From positions 32,369-96,368 of the forward strand of contig CACPJC010000003.1 of the NCBI GenBank assembly GCA_902634185.1: a stretch of DNA of 64,000 nt. Direction: 5' to 3'. The number at the start of each line of letters is the position of its first letter. Position 1 is the stretch's first letter. Shown here in pieces: positions 30,536-37,920 of this stretch. Both the position numbers and the translations under genes were made by a program. Below the pieces are notes generated by a model, which had not been told where the DNA came from, ran no database searches, and saw only the letters and a program-made list of their open reading frames with translations. This DNA comes from an uncultured Candidatus Actinomarina sp. (GTDB lineage Bacteria > Actinomycetota > Acidimicrobiia > Actinomarinales > Actinomarinaceae).

Positions 30536-31268
30536 ACCTATCTTTGTCTGCCAAGTCTTTAATTAATTCTACATCGTCATAGTTATTCAATAATTCAATT
30601 ACTTTCTGCCCAAATCTCTCATCAATCTCAAGAAATATTTCAAAGTCTTTGTATTCTTTATGATCAATTTGATTTATAAGGTTTTGAATAATGTTAATCC
30701 CGTCATTATCTCCACCATCAAGGGCATTTAAAGGTTCGTAATTAAGGACTTCCAAATCAAGAGTTTCAATTTCACTACTTGGTATATATGGTAAGTTTGC
30801 AATTATTAAGTCAAAATTATTACTACTTACTTCATTAAGGAGATCTGATTGGATGAATTCAATATTCATTCCATTGAGGGTTGCGTTTTCAGTAGCTAAT
30901 TGAATAGCAAAAGGTGAGATATCGATCCCTTTTACTTCAGCTTCTGGATATAAATGTTTCATCATCAGACTTATACAACCAGAACCAGTACCAACATCTA
31001 ATATGCTTTTTGGTTTTACAACCTTGTTTTTAATTATCTCGATCAAATACTCTGTTTCAGGTCTTGGAATTAATGCACGTTCATCTACTTTTAACTGGAC
31101 CGTATAAAAGGGCATGAATTCTTCAATATATTGAATTGGTTCGTGATTTAACCTGCGTGTAAGTAATGTTGAATATTCATTTTGATATTCTGTTTTACTA
31201 CCAGAGATTTCTTGAGCTTTTTGTTTTAACCTCTCAAGTTCATGATTTGGGATAGATTTTATATCCAA
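30516..31268 (-). CDS. prmC: Release-factor glutamine N5-methyltransferase
   Basis: 250 aa. SAM motif DVGTGSG. The catalytic motif reads NLPY instead of NPPY. Confidence 0.88.
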   Translation of the reverse strand: MDIKSIPNHELERLKQKAQEISGSKTEYQNEYSTLLTRRLNHEPIQYIEEFMPFYTVQLKVDERALIPRPETEYLIEIIKNKVVKPKSILDVGTGSGCISLMMKHLYPEAEVKGIDISPFAIQLATENATLNGMNIEFIQSDLLNEVSSNNFDLIIANLPYIPSSEIETLDLEVLNYEPLNALDGGDNDGINIIQNLINQIDHKEYKDFEIFLEIDERFGQKVIELLNNYDDVELIKDLADKDRYVYARR

Positions 31269-32351
31269 TTATTCCTCTAGAGTTGCGAGTCTTGTTGTTT
31301 CATTATCTGCTATTAGAGCGTCAATAAAATCACCTAAATCACCATCTAAGACCTGATCTAGTTTCTTGAGGGTTAAGTTGATTCTGTGATCAGACACCCT
31401 GTTGTCTTTATAATTGTAAGTTCTAATTTTGTCAGATCGCTCACCAGAACCTACTTGTTCCTTTCTATTCTTTGCTCGTTCAGCTTCAGCTTCGTCTTGA
31501 CGTGCTTTTAATAATCTTGCTCTTAAAATTCTCATAGCTTTTTCTTTATTTTGTAACTGTGACTTTTCATCTTGGCAGGAGACAACAAGCCCAGTAGGTA
31601 CATGAGTAATTCTTACAGCTGAGTCTGTCGTGTTCACACTTTGGCCACCTGGTCCACTTGATCTGTAGACATCGACTTTTAAATCATTTTGATCAATATC
31701 TATATCTACTTCCTCTGCTTCAGGTAAGACAGCTACCGTTGCAATAGAAGTATGGACTCTTCCTTGTGACTCTGTTTTGGGAATTCTCTGTACTCTGTGT
31801 GCACCAGCTTCAAATTTAAGTTTCGAATAAACACCTTTAGATTTTATAGCAAAGATAACCTTGCTATATCCACCCATATCAGAATCAGTCATCTCTATCT
31901 TTTCAACATTCCATGAATTACGTTCTGCAAAACGGGAATACATTTTAAATAAATCCCCAACCCAAATAGATGCTTCCTCACCACCTGCTCCTGGACGAAT
32001 CTCTACAAGAACATCTTTCTCATCAGATGGATCTTTTGGTAGTAGGCCAACTTTTATTTTTGTAACAATGTTTTCAATTTCAGCAGTTGAGTTTTTAATG
32101 ATGTCCTCATATTCACTCTTCATCTCTTCGTCGGTTTCCTCATTAAGCAACTCTTCAGCATCTGATATATCTGAAGTTAGTGTTTCCCATTGTCTGAAAA
32201 GCTCAACAATTGAAGACATATCACTGTGTTTTTTTGCCATTTCTGCATATTTATTTGGATCACTTGAAATATCAACTTTTGATAAATCATCTTCTAATTG
32301 TTTTTGTGACTCAACTATTGCAGTAAGTTTTTTAATTAATGTTTCATCCAT
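31269..32351 (-). CDS. prfA: Peptide chain release factor 1
   Basis: 360 aa. GGQ (SGPGGQSVNTT) and a PxT-type tripeptide, PKT. Confidence 0.97.
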   Translation of the reverse strand: MDETLIKKLTAIVESQKQLEDDLSKVDISSDPNKYAEMAKKHSDMSSIVELFRQWETLTSDISDAEELLNEETDEEMKSEYEDIIKNSTAEIENIVTKIKVGLLPKDPSDEKDVLVEIRPGAGGEEASIWVGDLFKMYSRFAERNSWNVEKIEMTDSDMGGYSKVIFAIKSKGVYSKLKFEAGAHRVQRIPKTESQGRVHTSIATVAVLPEAEEVDIDIDQNDLKVDVYRSSGPGGQSVNTTDSAVRITHVPTGLVVSCQDEKSQLQNKEKAMRILRARLLKARQDEAEAERAKNRKEQVGSGERSDKIRTYNYKDNRVSDHRINLTLKKLDQVLDGDLGDFIDALIADNETTRLATLEE

Positions 32352-33255
32352 GAGTTACCTCTTTTGTATTTTCAAGAAAAGTATCAAGTTCATCAGTATT
32401 TTCACTATGTTTTATGCAATTTGCCATAGCAACTCTTGCGACCTCAATCTGGTCATCAGATGGAGGTTTTGTTGTCATTTTCTGCATCCATATTCCAGGA
32501 GTGCTAAAAAATCTTGAAAAAAGTGAGCCTGAGTATTGAAAATTTAATTTAAGTATCTCATATGAAAGCATGGCAACGACAAACACATGAACAATACGTG
32601 TTACAAGTGTCATGAAAATACTCAATGTTGGAATAAATGGAAGAGTTAACAAACTAACAAAAACTATCAAAAATATGAATGCGGTTCCACATCGAATGTG
32701 TTCTTTAGGGAAAGTCTTTATATGATCAAGATTAAGATCTCTGTTATTTTCAAAAGCTGCAATGGTCATGTGCTCTGCGCCGTGAAATTCGAATAGCTCT
32801 TGTGCATCTTTTGTTTTTCCAATAAGGAAAATGTATAGAACAACGATTACTCCACGTAAAAGTCCCTCATATAACCCTTTCGATGTCTGATCTGTTTCAA
32901 TCAAATCGATCAGTAATCTTGGTCCTGCAATAAGGAGCGAGAGAAACACAACAATAAAAACATAGTTAAATATTTTATTAATAAGTGTTGGTTCTGGCTC
33001 ATCCTCATAATATATTTCATCAGACATTGTTAAACCTTGATATCCAACATATAAAGAATCAATGAGTGCTCCAATACCACGCATTAATGGAAGTTTAAAA
33101 ATACCAGGCCTTCTAACCAAAGGCGTTCTCTCTTTAAAGAACTTTACAATTTCATTATTTTGATTTCTTACAGCAACTGACCAACCCTTTGGGCTTTGAA
33201 TTAGGACACCACTAATTACAGCTTGTCCACCATAAGAAATATCATTTTCAGACAT
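32344..33255 (-). CDS. DUF1385 (YqhQ-like) membrane protein
   Basis: 303 aa. N-terminal YGGQAVISGVLI and GAEHM motifs. This family is commonly found next to prfA/prmC. Confidence 0.7.
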   Translation of the reverse strand: MSENDISYGGQAVISGVLIQSPKGWSVAVRNQNNEIVKFFKERTPLVRRPGIFKLPLMRGIGALIDSLYVGYQGLTMSDEIYYEDEPEPTLINKIFNYVFIVVFLSLLIAGPRLLIDLIETDQTSKGLYEGLLRGVIVVLYIFLIGKTKDAQELFEFHGAEHMTIAAFENNRDLNLDHIKTFPKEHIRCGTAFIFLIVFVSLLTLPFIPTLSIFMTLVTRIVHVFVVAMLSYEILKLNFQYSGSLFSRFFSTPGIWMQKMTTKPPSDDQIEVARVAMANCIKHSENTDELDTFLENTKEVTHG

Positions 33256-33276
33256 GAGAAAAAGGGATTAAAGAAG

Positions 33277-33570
33277 TTATTCTTCTTCTTGAGAAGAAAC
33301 TTCTTGCTTAGGTGCTTGTCTTGTACTTGTTGATCCGTATCGTTGTTTGAATCTTTCAACTCGACCTGTAGAGTCAACTAGTTTTTGTTTTCCAGTAAAA
33401 AAAGGATGGCTTGCACTAGAGATTTCTAGTTTTACAAGCGGATATTCTTTTCCATCTTCCCAAGTAATTGTTTCAGATGTTTTAATGGTTGATCTTGTTA
33501 GAAATGCAAAATCAGCATCTTCATCTCTGAAAACGACTTCTTTATATTCGGGATGTATATCTTTTTTCAC
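33277..33570 (-). CDS. rpmE: 50S ribosomal protein L31, Cys-less type B, with an acidic C-terminal tail
   Basis: MKKDIHPEY start. There is no CxxC pair. 97 aa. Confidence 0.92.
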   Translation of the reverse strand: MKKDIHPEYKEVVFRDEDADFAFLTRSTIKTSETITWEDGKEYPLVKLEISSASHPFFTGKQKLVDSTGRVERFKQRYGSTSTRQAPKQEVSSQEEE

Positions 33571-33585
33571 AGTGTCTACTTTACT

Positions 33586-34935
33586 TTATTTATTGGTTTT
33601 TGCGACATCCTTTAAGAATGCGTCATTGCTTTTGAGAGTTTTAAGCCTATCAATTAATAATTCTGTTGCTGCACCACCTTCAAGGCCAACAAGAACTCTT
33701 CTTAGAGTCCATAATGACTCCAGTTCTTTTGGAGAAACTAGTCGTTGTTCTTCACGAGTTCCAGATGGAGTAACATCTATCGCCGGGAATACTCTTTTAT
33801 CTGCAAGCTGTCTATCTAATCTAAGCTCCATGTTTCCAGTTCCTTTAAACTCTTCAAAGATAACTTCATCCATTTTTGAGCCCGTCTCAACAAGTGCAGT
33901 ACCAAGAATTGTTAAACTTCCTCCACCTTCTATGTTTCTAGCTGCACCAAAGAATTGTTTTGGAGGTGTTAAAGCAGTTGAATCAACACCACCTGATAAA
34001 ATTCTTCCACTAGCTGGAGTAGCTAAGTTGTGAGCTCTCGCAAGTCTTGTAATTGAATCCAATAAAATTACTACGTCCTTACCTTCTTCAACAAGTCTTT
34101 TTGCTCTTTCGATAGCTAATTTAGAAACTTGAGTGTGCTCATCTGGTGGTCTATCAAAGGTTGAAAATACAACTTCTCCGTCAACCGAACGTTGCATATC
34201 GGTAACCTCTTCTGGTCTTTCATCAACTAAGACAACCATTAAATAAACTTCTGGATTGTTAGCAGTAATAGAGTTTGCAATTTCTTTAAGAATTGTAGTT
34301 TTACCTGCTTTCGGTGGGGAAACAATCAATCCTCTCTGACCTTTTCCAATAGGTGCAATAAGGTCTACGATTCTTCCAACAAGTCGCTCTGGTTCACCAT
34401 CAATCTCAAGTTTTAGTCTCTCATCAGGAAAAAGAGGTGTCAGTTTATCAAAGTCTACTCTACGAGCCAAAAGTTCTGGATCAGCTCCATTTACAGTCTT
34501 AGGTTCAACTAATGCAGGATACTTTTCTTTTGCACGTGGTGCACGAATTGGTCCTGTTACGAGATCTCCTTTTCTCATTCTAAATTTTTTGATTGCTCCC
34601 GCTGGTACATATACATCCATCTCACTTGGTTTATAACCACTACATCTTAAAAATCCATAACCCTCTGGCAAGATATCAAGAATACCCTCTCTTGTTTCAC
34701 CCTCTTTAATTTGGCTATCACCAGAATTTACAACAGATGGCATATCTTTGTCTGAAGCTACAACTGCTACTTCTTCTTCTGCACCATCTGCAATATCACC
34801 AATTGCGTCACCTTGTTCTAATAAAAGATCTATTAACTTTGCCTTTTGAAGGCCTTTGTGTTCAAGACCTAAACCATCAGCTATTTCACGAAGATCTGCT
34901 ACTGGTTTTGATTGTAATTGTGACCTTGCGGACAT
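33586..34935 (-). CDS. rho: Transcription termination factor Rho
   Basis: 449 aa. Rho_N HeH, CSD-like EGYGFLR, Walker A PPKAGKT. Confidence 0.97.
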   Translation of the reverse strand: MSARSQLQSKPVADLREIADGLGLEHKGLQKAKLIDLLLEQGDAIGDIADGAEEEVAVVASDKDMPSVVNSGDSQIKEGETREGILDILPEGYGFLRCSGYKPSEMDVYVPAGAIKKFRMRKGDLVTGPIRAPRAKEKYPALVEPKTVNGADPELLARRVDFDKLTPLFPDERLKLEIDGEPERLVGRIVDLIAPIGKGQRGLIVSPPKAGKTTILKEIANSITANNPEVYLMVVLVDERPEEVTDMQRSVDGEVVFSTFDRPPDEHTQVSKLAIERAKRLVEEGKDVVILLDSITRLARAHNLATPASGRILSGGVDSTALTPPKQFFGAARNIEGGGSLTILGTALVETGSKMDEVIFEEFKGTGNMELRLDRQLADKRVFPAIDVTPSGTREEQRLVSPKELESLWTLRRVLVGLEGGAATELLIDRLKTLKSNDAFLKDVAKTNK

Positions 34936-35050
34936 ATTTCTCCTAATTTCAAAACATTCATGGTTTGGAATGGTTTGTGAATTGTGTTTGTCTGAAAGAC
35001 ATTCTTATTATATACACAGCAATTTTAAATTAACAACATTTAAATTTTTT

Positions 35051-35845
35051 TTAAGCTGAACAAATATTGATGTAATCGGTTAAATACTCTTGTTCACTTG
35101 AATCTAATTCACCTGCTGTTCTGTAGTGATTGTATGCACCACCGTAATAACGCACAAGTGCATCAACTAAATATTCTTCCCCTCCAAAAAAGTCTCGTGC
35201 ATCTTGACGATATAACGTTGTTGAATTTTTTGGACAGTTCCTAGTTAAATATGTAAATGCATGAAGTGATTCATGAAGTAAAACATCATAAGAAACTGCA
35301 GCTGAAAAAGCTCTATCCGATATCCAAATAGAAAGTTTCCATTCTGCATTTTTGGTTCCATCTGAGCTTGTTCCGCTTGGATCCCATACTCCATAAGGAC
35401 ACCTCCCAACAAGTGAAGCCCCATATTGATGACAACCATTAATAACACTTATATTGTTTGTTTCGATTATTTGTAACAGTAATGGAGGTAATTGTTTGAC
35501 TAGTTCACCCAAAGTAGTTTGATTTGTGCCTTCGAATCCTGCGTATTCTGCAAATGGACCTGTGTAAACCGTTGTGGTTGTGGTTGAAGTGGTTGTTGTT
35601 GAAGTTGTAGATGTTGTGGTTGAAGTGGTTGTTGTTGAAGGTGGAACAGTTGTTGTTGAAGGTGGAACAGTGGTTGTAGTTGAAGATGTAGTAGTCGTTG
35701 GCTCAAGAGTTGTTGTAGTAGTATCAATGACTTGAATTTCTTCTTGTTCAAGTACAATTGTCTCTTCTTCTTGATTAAAGTTTATTACAACTAAAGAAAC
35801 AATTAATAACAGAAAAATAAATGAGTTTATATATCTGTTGTTCAT
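35051..35845 (-). CDS. Secreted or anchored protein: signal anchor, Thr-rich linker, Cys-containing HExxH domain
   Basis: 264 aa. Thr/Ser/Pro linker at ~35557..35725. LLHESLHAF at 35261..35275. Its start overlaps the upstream stop (ATGA). Confidence 0.7.
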   Translation of the reverse strand: MNNRYINSFIFLLLIVSLVVINFNQEEETIVLEQEEIQVIDTTTTTLEPTTTTSSTTTTVPPSTTTVPPSTTTTSTTTSTTSTTTTSTTTTTVYTGPFAEYAGFEGTNQTTLGELVKQLPPLLLQIIETNNISVINGCHQYGASLVGRCPYGVWDPSGTSSDGTKNAEWKLSIWISDRAFSAAVSYDVLLHESLHAFTYLTRNCPKNSTTLYRQDARDFFGGEEYLVDALVRYYGGAYNHYRTAGELDSSEQEYLTDYINICSA

Positions 35846-37287
35846 CTTCTGGCCTTTACTTTTATAAATAAACCTAGAATCAAAATTGTTAAAATGTATC
35901 CAATTAGGCCAATTGCAAAGGTTAAAGAAAATGAACCCATACTTAATAAATCTTGTTGCATGTTGGCAAATTCACTATCTGGAGGAACAATAAGAATTCT
36001 TATAAACAACCACAAACCCAATATAAAACTTAAAAGTGGAAAGATTTTAAAAACACCTTGAGAGTCGGTAAGAGATTCAAATAACTCATTTCCACCACCC
36101 GGCAGTGACTTAAACAAAACTCCTTCTAAACACATCAAATAGCTAAGGGCTGCAGCTGCCGTCAGTACCGTTGAGTCTTTAATAAGAGGTATAGATGTTA
36201 GATAGAAGAAACCAAACCCTGCAAGACTCAAAGCAATTGTTGAGTAAAATTTTGGTGAAAGTTTTGCTATATTTCTTCTTCCAGTGATGTACGCAGATGC
36301 AAAAAATCCAAATATAAATCCAATTGGCATTTCAAAATAGATGAAAGCAAGAGTAGAAATCCCCGCAAAAAATATTGCTTGAGGAGCCCATTTAATTCTT
36401 ACTTTTTGCTTAAAAACTTTACTCTCAATTAATCCCTCTGTCCCCTCGTAAAACAAAGTAACAGCAATTAACCCAACGAGTGCAGCAATAAATATTGCTA
36501 AATTTTCAAGATCTAAAGTTAGATCAGCTCCTTCCTCAACAAAGCCTATTAAAAATGCAGTTGAAAAAAGAACGAAAAGAACTTTAACTAAAGTAATAAG
36601 CTTCTTTGAGCCACGAATGTTTCTATCTTTGGCAAACCATCGAATATTATTCGTTGAAATAATTTTGTTAAACCATTCTTGTAAGAGCAACACTACATAA
36701 AACAAAAAGATGATTCCCGTTGAAACAATTACAGCGATGCTGTTTTTTTCTTGATCTGTCAGATCAACATCCTCAAATAAGGGAATAGACGTAATCAACT
36801 CATTTGTTATTTCAATATTTAAAAAATCAGTTTCCTCGATGACGGGTGGTGGAAGAGTTGTTGTAGTTGTTGAAGTGGTAGTTGTTGTTGAAGTTGTTGT
36901 TGGTGGTGGAATTATTTTTAATAATTTTTGATTTATGTATTCCATCTCAACTATTTTTTTACATTCCTCTGCAGGACAATCAGGCCCAGTAACATTCTCA
37001 AATTCAGTAATAAAAACGCGTATTGTGACCCTTACATAATCTGGATAGCAACATAGCTCAAGTTCGCCATCTGGGCTTTCAAGTTGAATTGTTTCAATAT
37101 TGTTGTCGTGTGAAATTTGGAGGACGATGTCATCATAGTCCTCAAAATTTATAGACCATTCAACTAATATCTTTTCATTTTCTAATCGTTTTATATCAAG
37201 CTTTATATTTTCGGTATCTAAAGTTGGAGTAAAAAATGAACCATTGAAAAAGAGGAGGAATAATAAAAATATTAGACTTTTTTTCAT
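35842..37287 (-). CDS. Polytopic membrane protein with an N-terminal exo-domain and a Thr-rich linker
   Basis: 481 aa. Signal peptide, ~125-aa Cys-containing domain, PPPTTTSTTTTTSTTTTTLPPP (36844..36909), then ~9-10 TM helices. No family recognised. Confidence 0.7.
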   Translation of the reverse strand: MKKSLIFLLFLLFFNGSFFTPTLDTENIKLDIKRLENEKILVEWSINFEDYDDIVLQISHDNNIETIQLESPDGELELCCYPDYVRVTIRVFITEFENVTGPDCPAEECKKIVEMEYINQKLLKIIPPPTTTSTTTTTSTTTTTLPPPVIEETDFLNIEITNELITSIPLFEDVDLTDQEKNSIAVIVSTGIIFLFYVVLLLQEWFNKIISTNNIRWFAKDRNIRGSKKLITLVKVLFVLFSTAFLIGFVEEGADLTLDLENLAIFIAALVGLIAVTLFYEGTEGLIESKVFKQKVRIKWAPQAIFFAGISTLAFIYFEMPIGFIFGFFASAYITGRRNIAKLSPKFYSTIALSLAGFGFFYLTSIPLIKDSTVLTAAAALSYLMCLEGVLFKSLPGGGNELFESLTDSQGVFKIFPLLSFILGLWLFIRILIVPPDSEFANMQQDLLSMGSFSLTFAIGLIGYILTILILGLFIKVKARR

Positions 37288-37290
37288 TGA

Positions 37291-37920
37291 CTACTTTTGG
37301 ATTTTAGTTGCCTTTTCAAAAATTTCATTTACATTTTCTACATACCATTCATCTGTATATTTAGACCAGACGGGATAACTTGGATCATAACGTAGCCATA
37401 GAAATGTGGATCCATTGAATAATTGAAAAATATCATCAGCAAGTTCATCAGCAGAATCAGCATCATAATTTTTGCAGAGAGATTTGAGAACATCATAGGG
37501 TTCGCGCTGTATCCATTTTCCCGATGCTTGAATATCTCTAACTTCAAACCAAGCAAATCTAATTGCATTACCAAGTTCAACAACTTTATTTGCGATTGTG
37601 TCCAAAAACATGGTTATAGCGGCACCAGGCTCTGGGGAGGTTTGTAAAAATGCATTCAACTCATCAGCAACATCTTTAAATCCTAATTGAAATAGTGATC
37701 CATAAACATCTAATTTATTCTCAGGAAAATGATTGTAAGCAGTTGCAACAGACACTCCAGCATGCTTTGCAATTTGTGAGACAGTGACTTTTTCATGAGA
37801 AACGAGTGGATTATTAAATAGCTCGACTGCACTATTTATAAGTTTTTTATGCGCCTCATCATATGTTTTTTGTGCACGTAATGATCTTCCATCCTGTTTT
37901 TTTAATGGTTCAATGCTCAT
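37291..37920 (-). CDS. TetR-family transcriptional regulator
   Basis: 209 aa. HTH VTVSQIAKHAGVSVATAYNHF. Its ATG directly abuts the TAA of the giant ORF. Confidence 0.88.
   Translation of the reverse strand: MSIEPLKKQDGRSLRAQKTYDEAHKKLINSAVELFNNPLVSHEKVTVSQIAKHAGVSVATAYNHFPENKLDVYGSLFQLGFKDVADELNAFLQTSPEPGAAITMFLDTIANKVVELGNAIRFAWFEVRDIQASGKWIQREPYDVLKSLCKNYDADSADELADDIFQLFNGSTFLWLRYDPSYPVWSKYTDEWYVENVNEIFEKATKIQK

Noticed and set aside
31269-32351. RF1 codon-recognition tripeptide PKT instead of PAT/PVT, considered as a hint of altered stop-codon reading
   Set aside because: The PxT middle position is variable, and PKT occurs in bona fide RF1 family members. All three stop codons are used normally by genes in this window.
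31861-34033. Long plus-strand ORFs of 218 aa (31861..32517) and 228 aa (33347..34033)
   Set aside because: They are antisense to prfA/DUF1385 and to rpmE/rho, whose products are unmistakably conserved. Their translations are Ser/Phe/Ile-rich low-complexity typical of shadow ORFs in AT-rich DNA.
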